A stretch of DNA of 64,000 nt, from the NCBI RefSeq assembly GCF_006345805.1, contig NC_043026.1, positions 62,001-126,000 on the forward strand, given 5' to 3'. The translations under genes were made by a program, and so were the position numbers. Positions 1 to 13,384 of this stretch are shown piece by piece (position 1 is the first letter of the stretch; every line of letters begins with the position of its first letter). The notes below the pieces were generated by a model that was not told the origin of the DNA, searched no databases, and saw nothing but the letters and a program-made list of their open reading frames with translations. This stretch comes from Octopus sinensis. Its lineage: Eukaryota.

Positions 1-594
1 AAAGAATTCTATCCGCGGCAAACCGCTGTGAGATTCATGGCCTGCCCCAAATTGTTGCCCTTGTGGAAAAAGATTTGAAACCATTGTTATTAATTCTTTT
101 TATAATAAGTTTTGCTGGAACTCCTAGAATCTTGCATGCCACCCATCCTTTCAACTACAACATGATTTCAAAACATCCCTATTTTCGTTTGACTTCATTA
201 TTTCGACTTGATACCAGTCACATAAGCCGGTCCAATCTTCTATTTCGGGGATTATCTAAAAAGTATTTGTAAGATTTGTAATACTTTCCTTCCGCGGAAA
301 AAAAACTGTAACGCCGTGCAGCGTTTCTAAAAGTAGCTCGATACATATGAAGGGTGCGATGGGTAAATTGTCGTATTTCACTCTGGCAGAGATTTGGAAA
401 TGATATGCTGTACTGCCTGACATTTGCGGTGAAAGTCCAATACGAACATTTCAGAGTCTTTCGGTGTGTGTCTGAGGACAGTACAATCTGAGGACACATG
501 TACTGAGAGTGATAAAAATCAAACATCCAGTCAACAGGAACGTGAAAAATAGAGTAACAGTTTTTGAAATGTCTTTGCAGCTTTTATTAATAAA

Positions 595-687
<93 letters not shown>

Positions 688-744
688 GGGAGTATAGCTC
701 CAAACTTACAGGGAAAAATTCCCTGTATAAATATATAAAATAAA

Positions 745-1570
745 ACCACTATTATGAGATAAAACCACTATTATGCAACTCAAACAGTGATAGACATAAA
801 CCAACAAATACACAAATAACAAATAATATAACTATAATTAATATAATATATATATATTTTTTATTTTTATTTTTTTTAATGATAAATATAAATATAAATA
901 TAATGTAATAAGAAATAAGTAAAATATAATAAATAAAAACACTTATATTTATCATTAAAAAAAATATATATTATATTACAATTGCAGCGTGGAAGGTGTT
1001 TGTAAGCCATTTAAGAAACACACAAAAGCTGTTCGATTCACTTCAACATTTAAGTTTAATTTGTCAAAATATTTTCGTCGCTTTGAGACCGCGACCTGTT
1101 CACTGACAAAAATCCGTGCTGAATAAGGTTTATATATATATAGACAATTGCAACGTGGAAGGTGTTTATAAGCCATTTAAGAAACACACAAAAGCCGTTC
1201 GATTCACTTCAAAATTTAAGTTTAATTTGTCAAAATATTTTCGTCGCTTTGAGACCGCGACCTGTTCACTGACAAAAATCCGTACTGCATCAAAAATCCG
1301 TGCTGAGATGCAGGTCGCGGTCTTAAAGTGACGAAAATATTTTGACAAATTAAACTAAAATATTGAAGTGAATCGAACGGCTTTTGTGTGTTTCTTAAAT
1401 GGCTTACAAACACCTTCCACGCTAAAATTGTTTTCGTTTCAGCACACGATCTCAGATCAAATAACTTGCTATGCAGGTACATCTCCTATATTATATTAAT
1501 TATATTTATATTATTTGTTATTTATGTATTGGTTTATGCCTATCACTGTTTGAGTTGCATAATAGTGGTT
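745..1570. repeat. Composite foldback repeat: gagataaaaccactatt family inverted ends enclosing two direct and one inverted ~140-bp unit
   Basis: Ends at ~755-810 and ~1520-1580 are reverse complements. The same family occurs at 26945-27150, 27335-27600 and 40420-40890. Confidence 0.6.
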
Positions 1571-1680
1571 TTATCTATAATTCATATATATATTGAGAAA
1601 CCGACGGGTAAGATCGTCTGTAATGCATGTATAAAACTGTACACTTTGATCAATGTTATATATATTACATATTATGTGCT

Positions 1681-1713
<33 letters not shown>

Positions 1714-1734
1714 ATTCTTATATTCTTTTATCGT

Positions 1735-2097
1735 TTCAGTCATTTCACTGCGGTCATGCAGGAGCACCGCCCTTAGTCGAGCAAATCGACCCCAGGACCT
1801 ATTTTTTGTAAGCTTAGTACTTATTCTATCGGTCTTTCATACCGAGCCGCTAAATGACGAGGACGTAAACACAACAACATCGGTTGTGAAGCGATGTTGC
1901 CGGGACAAACACAGACACACAAACATATACATATATTATATATATACGACGGGATTCTTTCAGTTTCCGTCTACAAAATCCACTCACTGGTCGGCCCGAG
2001 GCTATAGTAGAAGACACTTGCCCAAGGTTCCGCGCTATGGGACTGAACCCAGAACCATGTGGTTGGTAAGCAAGCTACTTACCACACAGCCACTCCT
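1735..2097 (-). mobile_element. SINE of the ggagtggctgtgtggtaag family (other copies ~6111-6460, 6620-6745, 10048-10345, 14270-14600, 17940-18552, 29265-29685, 52330-52680, 56340-56640)
   Basis: Recurrent head ggagtggctgtgtggtaag..ggttccgggttcagtcccactgcgtggcacc, internal TA/TG tract, and conserved tail cagtcatttgactgcggccatgctggagcaccgcc. Confidence 0.75.
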
Positions 2098-2441
2098 GAG
2101 CCTATATATATTATTTGTGCATTAAGTCTACCATTTGTTTCTTGTTTAGAAAACATCGTAATATCTTAAGAAGTTTTCAAGCCGATGACATGGTGAATGT
2201 CTCCATTTAGTATTAAAAGACAAAATGGACACGAGCAATTTTCCTTCATTTGATCATCATGAAAAATTGTTAAGATATTAAGCTATATTCATGACATGAA
2301 ACCATCGGTAGTCTTAATAGAAATAAAGAACTTTTATTCACCAAAGTGATGTTGAGAACTCATTCTAATTGCTCAACATTTGCTCCAATATGTGTATATA
2401 CACACACACACACACACACGCACAGACACACACACATATTA

Positions 2442-2482
<41 letters not shown>

Positions 2483-2650
2483 TTATTATTATTATTATTA
2501 TTTCTTTACATGCAAAGAAATGATGGAGTAAATGTGGAGTGGACATTAGGGTAAGAATGACCAATAAAACAGCCGTTAAATTAGCTTGATCAATTTAACT
2601 TGATCCATTTATGCGTGTTTGTCTGTTATATATTTACTCTTACTTTTCAG

Positions 2651-2814
2651 GTGAAACTGGTGATTTATAAAAACCAAACACCTGTTGTGACTATGATTTT
2701 TGATGGACGAAATTCAAACCTTGAAAGCTGGTTCTCTCATGCAAACTTGAAAAGTTCTCCATGGGATGACCTATCTTCAGCCAACCCAAAGTTTTTCCAA
2801 ATGAAGGGAGTTTT
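2651..2814 (+). CDS. Paralogue A, coding exon 3 of an uncharacterised secreted PAN-like-domain protein (VKLVIYKNQTPVVTMIFDGRNSNLESWFSHANLKSSPWDDLSSANPKFFQMKGV)
   Basis: Acceptor ttttcag before 2651 and donor gtatgt at 2815. 164 nt, phase 0 to 2. Same length and boundaries as the homologous exons in C and D. Confidence 0.85.
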
Positions 2815-3956
2815 GTATGTTTTAAATATACTCTTCTGTTTCGCTATGTAGAGACGTAATATACCAAAAGCACTTTACGCACGCTACTAATATATATATA
2901 TATATATCTGTTTCTTAACACTATATATTTATTCACGATATTTTCTTGAAGCGACCAAAGCATTTCCAGGCTTTCACTATAATATCTTCATTGAATATGA
3001 TATACAGAGTACAAATTTGAACTACATCTGGTTCCCTCACTAATAATGAAATATAATATATCCAGCCTGTCGGCTGATTTGTGAACCCTGCTGATTTCTT
3101 AATTATAATTGTCCTGAATCATTAGAGACTAAATTTGATTTGGTATGGGGTTGCTGGTGGGTACTTACTGCTGATGATATTCAAAGTAGTAGAGATACAT
3201 ATTTAGCAATTCCATCGCAGCTGCTAGATGCTATTTGTCTATTACTGGGGCATTTCTGTAATTTTTAACACTGCACTTCTATATAAGTCGCTTTCTGGAT
3301 ACGAATAACGAAGTTTTCCGATTTCAACAGTGTATCTACATTAAGTGGCCTGTTTTAAAGTGGGGAAACACGAAAATATACATTCACCTTAAAATGTATG
3401 CTATAACTAGTTTTACTTGCGCGTGTTCGTTTTTAAATATTCTTTATTCCATTATATTATTTCTCTTAATTACCAGAATCCATTGCACGCTTATTTTCCT
3501 AATTTGTTTAACAAGGGAAAATGTTATGGTTGTTATATTTGTGGCGCTTTTTCTTACAAATTTTAACTGAAGTCTACTCCGTGTGTAATTTCTTATTTCT
3601 TTGCGTAATTGTACGAGTGTATTTCTGTGTGAGTGTGTGTGTGTCTGCGTGAATGCGTTCCTACGTGTGTGTGGGTGCGTATGCGTGTGTTCACGCACCT
3701 ATGTTGTAAGATAGATCCCGTTGTGAATTTACTTTCTGCCTAATCAAAGAAATCGATTGACGGCTGTTGGAGCCGTCACTACAGATTTTAACAGACTGGT
3801 ATAGATGTCTTTGTATCGTACCTGACGTGTATATACACTCTCGACAGTCCAGTTACTGCAATATTTGTCCTGAGATAGCATTTGTTTTCTCTCATTGTCC
3901 ACTCAGGGAAAATACTACAGCAACTAGTCTATCGACTGTGTGTATATCCTTTCAAT

Positions 3957-4284
3957 GTGAGGGCGCGTGGCTTAGTGGTTAGGGCATTCGGCTCATGATC
4001 GTAAGGTTGTGAGTTCGATTCTCGGCGACGCGTTGTGTCCTTGAGCAAGACACTTTATTTCACGTTGCTCCAGTCCACTCAGCTGGCAAAAATGAGTTGT
4101 ACTTGTATTTCAAAGGGTCAGCCTTGTCACTCTCTGTGTCACGCTGATTATCCCCGAGAACTACGTTAAGGGTACACGTGTCTGTGGAATGCTCAGCCAT
4201 TTGCACGTTAATTTTACGAGCAAGCTGTTCCGTTGATCGTATCAGCTGGGACCCTCGTCTTCGTAACCGGCGGAGTCTTTTTAG
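3957..4284 (+). mobile_element. tRNA-derived SINE in intron 3 of A, with an 11-bp target-site duplication
   Basis: A-box (gtggcttagtggttagg) and B-box (gagttcgattc) head. TSD atcctttcaat at 3946-3956 and 4285-4295. Empty site in B near 20450. Confidence 0.85.
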
Positions 4285-4423
4285 ATCCTTTCAATATGAT
4301 ACACAAATGGCTATTTTAAATAAATACTGGTTCAAATGTGTACATCGAACATAATGGTATATTTAATAAATGTTTATATTTTCTCATTCTGAAACCCAAA
4401 CGAATTTCTCTCCAACTTTATAG

Positions 4424-4587
4424 CGGTGTACGTCGCTTCTATATAACGAACCACAACGGTGGCTGTTCTGTTGAGAGTGGCTGGCTAGCCCTAAACGAAG
4501 CTGGAGTATACTGTGCATATGATAAAATGAATCACTTCCCTGCAATTCGTTATTCTGATGCAAAATCGAGAACCATCTGGAACAACG
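4424..4587 (+). CDS. Paralogue A, coding exon 4 (GVRRFYITNHNGGCSVESGWLALNEAGVYCAYDKMNHFPAIRYSDAKSRTIWNN)
   Basis: Acceptor ctttatag and donor gtaagt at 4588. 164 nt, phase 2 to 1, in frame with exons 3 and 5. Homologues in B, C and D. Confidence 0.85.
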
Positions 4588-5089
4588 GTAAGTGATGCTT
4601 CCATTTTATGTCTTTCTGTGTCTCTGTCTTCCCCCTCTCTCTCTCTCTTTCTCCCTATCTATATGTCTGTCAATCTCCCTGTCTAGCTATCTGTCTATCT
4701 ATCTATACACGATCCCTATTGATCGGCCCCATTTTCCTTTTTTTTTTTCACGATCCCTTTTGATAGGAATTCGACCCTTCTTTTTTTTTCTCCTTCTCTT
4801 GTTCCCCAAAAGAAAAGCACTACTTTATATTTTGCCCCGTCTGTGTCTAGCCCCTGCGTGGCCAATAAATAAATCGATTCTCAATGTGAGTAGTAATTGC
4901 AGCCAATCAGCCTGATCCAACTGATTTATGATCAAAGGTGTTCTGACCATGACCCACCTGGATATTTCCCATTACACTATGTGTAGACTTGGCTGCAATT
5001 TCTAGTAATTCGAGTGACCACCTTTAAAGCCCTCCCACGATATATTTGAATGTCTTTTTGTTGTTGATGTTGTTATTTGTTACTTGCAG

Positions 5090-5145
5090 GTTATGCATTA
5101 GCAGACTCCATGGCCATATTCATCCGCCTGAGGCAGCAGAACTAA
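5090..5145 (+). CDS. Paralogue A, terminal coding exon 5 (GYALADSMAIFIRLRQQN*)
   Basis: Acceptor tacttgcag. The phase-1 join gives an open frame to TAA at 5143-5145. Conserved in all four copies. Confidence 0.8.
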
Positions 5146-5244
5146 CCTAGCACATGATACCCATTGATACTATTGTTGTTGTTAACGCCCATCCAATCCA
5201 GCTGACCACCACTAGTGATCCGCATAGGTCAAGTAATACCTGTT

Positions 5245-5250
5245 AATAAA
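5245..5250 (+). promoter_or_regulatory. Candidate polyadenylation signal AATAAA of paralogue A
   Basis: 100 nt after the stop codon. The same hexamer lies in homologous sequence in B (19467-19472, -), C (51405-51410, +) and the diverged D (60900-60905, -). Confidence 0.5.
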
Positions 5251-5892
5251 GAATCCATAAAAAATATTGGTGATCTTTCGTATTGAGTCGACAATTTATA
5301 AGCAGGCTTCTTCGGTAATTTCTGTGAACACGTGATCTCTTGTCAACTGCGTGCTTCTTCTGTCTGACGTGTCGAAGTGGAAGGGGAAGCTAATGGACCT
5401 ACGTCTGTGTGTGTGTGTGCGTGCTTCTTTTTGTGTGTGTGTGAGTGCTTGTTCTGTTTTTATGTATTTATGGGTGTGGAATGTAGATATAAAAGCCTTG
5501 CGTATTTTTTCTTACCTGCTTCATGTGTTTAAGTAAAATCTGCAAATTTCCAAAAAGAAAACAAGATCGACGTCGAAAAAGCCATCTCAGTTATAGTACA
5601 CAGGCACACACACACAAGAACAAACTCATACAATCATACACTCGTTAGCTTCTTCTTCCTCTTCGACACGTCAATCAGAACAAGCACGCAGTTGGCAAGA
5701 CAACACGTGCTCACGGAAACTAACGAATATTTTGTTTTCATTCGTCTACTCAAAACGAAGCTATGCCAAACTATTCCATCCAACATCGGTCTTTTGAGTT
5801 GTCATTCTCTTTCTCTCTCTCCAGGGACAGAACTGTTTTTGTTATTGTTCCAGGTCACATCTGACCATAAATATGCATGCGTGTGTGTATGA

Positions 5893-5930
<38 letters not shown>

Positions 5931-6533
5931 GTGTGTGAACTTCTTTATTTGTATTAAAGCTACCAATGGTTTCAGGTCATGAAAAGATCGTTGTATCTTA
6001 AGAATTTTTCAAGGCCATCACATGAAGGAACAGTTTTCGCCTCCATTTTGTGTTATAAACATAAACGGAGAAAAAAACCATGTGATCGGCTGGAAAAATT
6101 GTTAAGATAGGAGTGGCTGTGAGATACGTACCTTGCTTACCAGCTACATGGTTCCGGGTTCAATATCACTGCGTGGCGCCTTCGGCAAGTGCATTCTACT
6201 GTATCCTCAGGCCGAACAAAGTCTTCTAAGTGGATTTGCTAGACGGAAAGTGAAAGAAGCCCGTCGTATATATATTGAGTGTGTGTCTGTGTGTCTGTGT
6301 TTGTCCCCCCAACATCGCTTGACAACCGATGCTGGTGTGTTTACGCCCCGGCAACTTGGCGGTTTAAAGTACTAGGCTTACAAAGAAGAAGTACTGCGGC
6401 AGTTTTGCTCGACTAAAGGAGCTGCCACAGCATGGCCGCGTTCAAATGACTGAAACATAAGAGTAGAAGAATAAAAGAATATTTTCTAAACATGAATAAA
6501 ATGGTAGCATTAATGCTTCAATAATATGATTAA

Positions 6534-6620
<87 letters not shown>
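6534..6620. repeat. (TAGA)n microsatellite (homologues 18067-18158 and 52754-52918)
   Basis: Directly visible; length differs between the three duplicated copies. Confidence 0.95.
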
Positions 6621-9294
6621 CAACAGACTTCTTTCAGTTTCCGCCAACCAAACCTACTCACAAGGCTTTGGTCGGCCAGACTCGAAGATATTTGCGAAAG
6701 TTGCCCCGAAATGGGACTCAACATGGAACCAAGTGGTTGGTAAGCAAATAAGTAACTTTGTAATTACAAGAGTAAAAATTATCAAATAATTATTTAGTAG
6801 TTGTGAGCATGCGAATTTACAGTCAGAAGACATAAATACTTTTAAATATAATAGTATATGAAATATACGCGGAGTGATAAGTATCATGTGGATTTCTTAC
6901 ATGCTAAAAATAGCAGTCAAAGTCTAAAACCACGAAAGAATATTCTTACATTAAAGCACGTTGATTTGTAATCAAGCAACACATTTGAGTGAATAAAAAT
7001 ATAGTAAACCTTATACTCAAGGGTTTCACTATTAAAGACAAAATAAATCATTTAATGAAATAATTTATTGATTAATTAATTTTCTATAGCTCGTCGGAAA
7101 GGTCGCTAATTAAATGCATAAACATAAAACTGCAATACATATCGAAAACACAAATTAAACAGATGCGCACTCTGGTCCATGTTTATGCATCATTGATTCA
7201 TCTCAGAATGCCCGCAAACAATGTGCAACATATACATATATATATATATACATGTATATAATATTTGTGACTTGGAACCAGTGAAAGGATAATTAAACTA
7301 TAGCATTTAACACCAATTCAAAGCCAAACAGTGTTAAACAATGTGTGTGTATGCCTTTTGTTTGTAATTAAAAAGTGCACTGATAATTTCTGTGATACAT
7401 GTAGAAACACGCAGGGAGAAGTTGGTGAAAACTGTTCTTGTTACAATGTTTCGAAATCGATAACCAAGTCACGTGGAAATGTTGATAGAGGCAAGAGTGC
7501 TTACGTGATTAATTGATGTTAAATGAAGAGGTATCTTTTGAGATGGCAACTAGGAAGGATTTAAATCGATTGTGTACGAATGCCGAACTATGAGAAAATC
7601 CGCATTGACGAATGCCTTTCTACAATGTAAGTCTTAGTCTAAGCGGAGAAGGAACACACACGAGGACGGAAAGTCTTTCCTGTAGATGTCACACGTGTAT
7701 GACGAAAGATTCATGGATAATGGCCATGAGTTAGAATAAGAACAGTAGTAAACGAGTGAAGAGCGAAGATATGGTGCGTGTGTTTATTTGGCAAATAAAC
7801 AAGAACAACGACAGTAATTTTATTCAGCTGAATACACGTTATTGATTGGTTGAAATTACCGAAATACGACAACTTTAACGTGAAATAACTTCGTAAATAT
7901 AAGTTTTTCTCCAAAATGCTGAGAGTAAAATATGTTTTATATGACACATTCTATCAGTGTCCGAAGTTTCAAAGTGTTTAGTTGCGAAAAAATTAATTTC
8001 TAAATCTGTAGGTCAAAAGGTAAAGATCCTATAACGAGATAATAAATAACGTCCTCGCAAATCGTTGTACTCAAGATACACAATACTTGTACTTACACTC
8101 GACAATACGCAACTCTCGGCTTTACACAGCTCACCGACTCTCCTTTTCTTTATTTGGCACCCAGGCCTTAACAGAGAGGGGACAACAAAAGGACAGACAG
8201 AACACAACAAATGGGGACAAAAAATATGCAGCGAACGCAAAATGAAAAAATGTATAATGAAATCGATCCTGATGAAATGGCTGCATGAGCCCCACTCCGA
8301 TTCTTTATTTAGGCACTCGGCAACTAACACGGAGGGGACACTACAAGGACAGACACAACACCACAGTGGGGACAATAAACATAAAACGAATGAGCATGAC
8401 TATTATATAATAATGAAAGATGAATGGTTGCAGGAGCCCCACTCACAAGCAGTACCATTTAACTGTTAATTTAGACAATTTTTTAGTTTTCTTTTTTCTT
8501 TTTGCATTTTCTTTCCCATTTAAAAAAAAATCTATTTCCTTCATTTTTTCTTTCTTATTTTTTCTTCTCTTTTTACCTTTTTAAAGGACTCCTCTATTAC
8601 CATTCATTAGGGGCATTAATTCCTCGTATTTATCTTCTTTTGGTAGTTGCTCAAATTAAATTTCTTTCCCCAAAGGGTTCACATAGTCCTTTCAACCTTT
8701 TATACCTTTCCTTGTCAATCGCCACACCCTTGATGTGTTCCAGCTAACGTTCAGCTGGCAATCCTATTCTTATGGCACCTTTGAATTTCCTTATTTTTCG
8801 CTCTATGTCGGTGCTTTTCACATATATTACTACAATCCACTTTTTCTTATTAGTAATTACTTGGTTACGCTCCGGACATGGGCGGTCCTGGCTATTCGTT
8901 TCCCTTCGTTCCTCCGTCTGTACATAACCATAACCGTCCACGATTATATTTTCTAATCTATGTAGCGATACTTCTGCTGGGGTATCGGCCAGTTCATCGG
9001 TACCTCCTCTATTTACTCAATTTTGCACCGTTGACACGACTGGAGCGGCATCACGTGATGTAGAAACTATGTTAGCATGAATACCTTTGGCAGGCTGAAC
9101 CATTTTGTGCACGTGCTCGAGAATATCACGATGCCAAATATTCTCCATTTTCAAATATAATATTCAGTTCTAGGAAAACCAATTTCCTTTAAGGGGATCG
9201 AAAACATCCCATTTTCCACCGGTTCTTCAGTTAAATACCCAATATGATAGAGAAAGATTTATCAAAACTAAAAAGGGTATATATTCAATTTTGA

Positions 9295-9947
9295 AGCACT
9301 CCGTCGGTTACGACAACGAGGGTTCCGGTTGATCCGAATAAACGGAACAGCCTGCTCGTGAAATTAACGTGTAAGTGGCTGAGCACTCCACAGACACGTG
9401 TACCCTTAACGTAGTTCTCGGGGATATTTAGCGTGACACAGAGAGTGACAAGGCCGGCCCTTTGAAATACAGGTACAACAGAAGCAGGTAGTAAGAGAGA
9501 GAGAAAGTTGTGGTGAAAGAGTACAGCAGGGATCACCACCATCCCCTGCCGGAGCATCGGATGGAAGCACTCCGTCGGTTACGACGACGAGGGTTCCGGT
9601 TGATCCGAATCAACGGAACAGCCTGCTCGTGAAATTAACGTGTAAGTGGCTGAGCACTCCACAGACACGTGTACCCTTAACGTAGTTCTCGGGGATATTC
9701 AGCGTGACACAGAGAGTGACAAGGCCGGCCCTTTGAAATACAGGTACAACAGAAGCAGGTAGTAAGAGAGAGAGAAAGTTGTGGTGAAAGAGTACAGCAG
9801 GGATCACCACCATCCCCTGCCGGAGCCTCGTGGAGCTTTAGGTGTTTTCGCTCAATAAACACTCACAACGCCCGGTCTGGGAATCGAAACCGCGATCCTA
9901 TGACCGCGAGTCCGCTGCCCTAACCACTGGGCCATTGCGCCTCCACA
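9295..9947 (-). mobile_element. tRNA-derived SINE with a tandem duplication of its 3' ~270 bp (copies at 14699-15070 + and 55585-56240 -)
   Basis: Head ggaggcgcaatggcccagtggttagggcagc...ggtttcgattccc. The body shares ccccgagaactacgttaagggtacacgtgtc with the 3957 SINE. Confidence 0.8.
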
Positions 9948-10178
9948 TATATTCAATATAGATAGATTAAAAGGATAGAGAGAATTACAATTTTCATGTT
10001 TTAATCTTAATTTATTAACATTATAATATACTTATACTATAGGCGCAGGAGTGGCTGTGTGGTAAGTAGCTTACTTACCAACCACATGGTTCCGGGTTCA
10101 GTCCCACTGCGTGGCACCTGGGGCCGACCGAAGCCTTGTGAGTGGATTTGGTAAATGGAAACTAAAAGAAGCCCGTCG

Positions 10179-10219
<41 letters not shown>

Positions 10220-11058
10220 TTGTGTTTGTCTCCCCAACATCGCTTGACAACCGATGCTGGTGTGTTTCCGTCCCCGATACATAGCGGTTCGGCGAAAGAG
10301 ACCGATAGAATAAGTACTCGGCTTACAAAGAATAAGTCCCGTGGTCGATTTGCTCGAGTAATGGGCGGTTTTCCATTAGACAAATTATTAACATTAGTTA
10401 TCTCCCTTGCATCCTGTTGAAGCTCAAGTTTCGAACTGTACTGCTTTTTTATGTAAATAATTTTTGCTGTTAACATGGTCCGATTTGAATTTTTTCTTCT
10501 ACGGAAGGAAGAGCAAGCCTTCTTCTGTCATACTCTCAATTTTGGTCAACCCCACTGCGTAACTGGTACTTAATTTATCGACCCCGAAAGGATGAAAGGC
10601 AAAGTCGAACTCGGTGGAATTTGAACTCAGAACGTATCGGCAGACAAAATACGGCTACGCACTTCGGCCGGCGTGCTAACGTTTCTGCCAGCTCGCCGCC
10701 TTTACTGGCTTTAATATACTTAACGTTATCCCTTTAACTTGCTTACGAATGGCGGAATATAAAACGAACAGGTTTCACCAGTTTCAGACTGCAGTTTAAG
10801 ACGGGGTGTACACCTTTTTAAGTGTGCGTGTCTCTGATGTATATTCATGTATTTCTTTTTATTTGCATATGTTTATACTGTTTTCACTCATCCTTTTTCA
10901 CTGTGTCTGTGTGTTCGTTCATTGTTTCCCTCTCTTTTTCTTTCTATCCTTTTTATTCCTCTTTCCTTCTACTCTTTCTATTCTTGCCTCCTTTTCTACT
11001 TCTATAACCAAGTCATCAACACCTCACACCACTACCACTCCTCCTAAACTTTACTCAA

Positions 11059-11431
11059 TCTCTCTATATATAAACGGCAGTTTGTCTGTGTGTGTTTCTG
11101 TGTGTCTGATACGTTGTACCCTCACCCTGACCACGGCTTTCAACCGATTCTGATGAAACTTGACACACACATAGCCCAATGTCATAATTCAAAACTAACG
11201 CAGCGAAAATTTTGAAAAGTTCCCCCAGTTCTGAAAAAAATCGATAAATTCGACATGGGGTCGAGAATCAGAAACACAAACCACAGACTGTCTAGGGGAC
11301 GCAACTCGACCTTTTTAACTAAAAAAAAAATTTACCATCATTTTTTTTCCATTTTTTGGCTTTAAGTCTCTAAAAATGCCTTATAGTTATTTCCCTTACA
11401 AACCCGAGCAACGCCGGGCGATACTGCTAGT
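11059..11431 (+). mobile_element. Non-autonomous Helitron-like element (copies 57343-57713 + and 38576-38970 -)
   Basis: Starts tctctctatatataaa and ends cccgagcaacgccgggcgatactgctagt (TC...CTAG termini). The same terminus appears reversed at 38576. Confidence 0.55.
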
Positions 11432-11443
11432 ACTTATTATATG

Positions 11444-11850
11444 TGAGCTGGCAGAAACGTTAGCACGCCGGGCGAAATGCTTCACGGTATTTCGTCTGCC
11501 GCTACGTTCTGAGTTCAAATTCCGCCGAGGTCGACTTTGCCTTTCATCCTTTCGGGGTCGATAAATGAAAGTACCAGTTACGCACTGGTTTCGATGTAAT
11601 CGACTTAATACCTATGTCTGTCTTTGTTTGTCCCCTCTGTGTTTAGCCCCTTGTGGGCAATAAAGAAATAGGAAATAGATATTTCGTCTGCCGCTACGTT
11701 CTAAGTTCAAATTCCGCCGAGGTCGGCGTTGCCTTTCATCCCTTCGTGGTCGATAAATTAAGTACCAGTTACGCACTGGGATCCATGTAATCGACTTAAT
11801 CCCTTTGTCTGTCCTTGTTTGTGCCCTTTGTGTTTAGCCCCTTGTGGCTA
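11444..11850 (+). mobile_element. SINE of the gagctggcagaaacgttagc family with a tandemly repeated body (other copies ~10553-10705 -, 13925-14075, 44316-44850, 48945-49095, 57727-58140)
   Basis: Recurrent ctacgttctgagttcaaattccgccgaggtcgactttgcctttcatcc..gtaccagttacgcactgg unit. Two units here and about four at 44316-44850. Confidence 0.75.
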
Positions 11851-12472
11851 ATAAATAAAAATAATATTATATGTTTCTATCATTAACTCGGCTCTTCTTC
11901 CTCTATATTCCCTCTCTTTCTTTATCTCTCTCTCTCTCTCTCTCTCTCTTATTCTTCCCATACTCTGTCTTTTTCTCTTTCCTTTCATTCCTTCTTGATT
12001 TATCGGTTTACATTTCGTTCCAAGTTGTTAATAGAAACACCAGAAGCCTGTCACTGGGTGTCTGTGTTTGTTTGGCCCCTTGCAGGGCTATATTCGGCCC
12101 CACAAACAATGGGCGTTTTAATCACATACAACTAAGCAAGATGGCGGAGAGCATCTTCAAAGAGTTAAAAAGAATAAACTGGCTCTCTCGCAGGTGACTG
12201 CTGAAGATTTCCCTCCCCTACACGTATATAAACAAATAATTTATGTGCATCACTTTGAAGAATTTACTCGAACAAATCGACCGAAGACTTATTCTATGAA
12301 GTTCATTCTATCGGAATGTCGAGTCTCTAAGTTACGGGGACGGAGACACACCAACAATAGTTGTGAAGCAAACGCCACAACACACAAACAAACCAAAAGG
12401 AACACGCTCGCACGCATATCACACACACATACACACACAAACACGCTCATCCTCACACATATACCCACAGAC

Positions 12473-12517
<45 letters not shown>

Positions 12518-12699
12518 ACATATACATTGTTTTGTTAAAACCGAAAAACCTTCAGAAAACTCTGACCCAGGCTTTCACGTGACCGTTCATTAGACAGTTA
12601 GGATAGCTCGGAATAATTAAATTATGTGAGTACATATATATCACAATGCGAGATCTGATCAAAACGTATCGGGACTGCTGCTATAAAGAGGAAACTACA

Positions 12700-13060
12700 A
12701 CACACAGGAATTCAGGATTTCATCTCCTTCGAAGTATTTCTCTTCTGAAGCAACACAATTTATGAAGCATCGTTTCAGTCGTCAGGAACATCCCTGGAAT
12801 TCATTTCTGAGGATAGCGAGCATCTACCTCGTCGAATTCTCTAGGATTTTCTCGACATCTTCAAATCTTTTGGGCCTTCCACTACGAAGACCTTGGTTCC
12901 GGTGTCATAGCAACAGGCACAAGGTCTTCACCTGTAATGACGTTTTTCAAATGACTTCCTAGACACAACCAAATAGATTCTGCACCGCTGACAGCCTTTC
13001 TTCTTCTTGGGACAACCACACTCAAGACACTTTACTTCTAAACACTGCTATCAACAACGG
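12700..13060 (-). mobile_element. Internally deleted mariner transposase remnant (copy at ~58975-59330)
   Basis: The minus strand reads LKNVITGE..CYD.PETKV.S.WK..RPK joined directly to a C-terminal RFEDVE.I.ENSTR.MLAI.RNEFQGC..RLKRC..CVASEEKYFEGD, which resembles mariner DD34D transposase with the catalytic core missing. Confidence 0.55.
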
Positions 13061-13305
13061 AAGTTAGTGGAAACTTTATAACCACCGTGAATGATCACCA
13101 TATTTCATTCTGTAACTGCCACCTCTGAAGTGTGCAGTGTTACATAATAGATCGGACTCTTACCTAACATTCCATTGAACCCATAGTGACAAAACGATGG
13201 GTTAGATCGTCTCTAATATATGTATAAAACTGTACGTATTATATATATATATATATATACATTAAATATATTATGTATATTATATATGTATGGATATATA
13301 TGTAT

Positions 13306-13372
<67 letters not shown>

Positions 13373-13384
13373 ATACATAATATA

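Larger units (their letters stand above)
2900..10765 (+). repeat. Left arm of a large inverted segmental duplication (partner 13855-21480)
   Basis: Matching ORF translations on opposite strands (e.g. 8065-8469 + vs 15895-16299 -; 7711-7947 - vs 16417-16653 +) and continuous reverse-complement similarity by eye. Confidence 0.92.

Noticed and set aside
218-526. 102-aa minus-strand ORF in intron 2 of A
   Set aside because: No motif I recognise and no counterpart in the other paralogues; probably a repeat remnant that I cannot classify.
1388-2125. 245-aa ORF
   Set aside because: A patchwork of foldback repeat, TA/TG microsatellite and reversed SINE.
3957-4040. tRNA genes at the A-box/B-box sequences (also 9870-9947, 14699-14780, 50113-50195)
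   Set aside because: No complete cloverleaf; each continues into a shared SINE body, and the 3957 and 50113 copies have target-site duplications.
8065-8469. 134-aa ORF conserved in three copies (also 15895-16299 and 54356-54760)
   Set aside because: Conservation merely reflects the recent segmental duplications. The sequence contains reversed SINE-tail-like repeats, an ORF of similar length is open on the opposite strand, and there is no recognisable motif.
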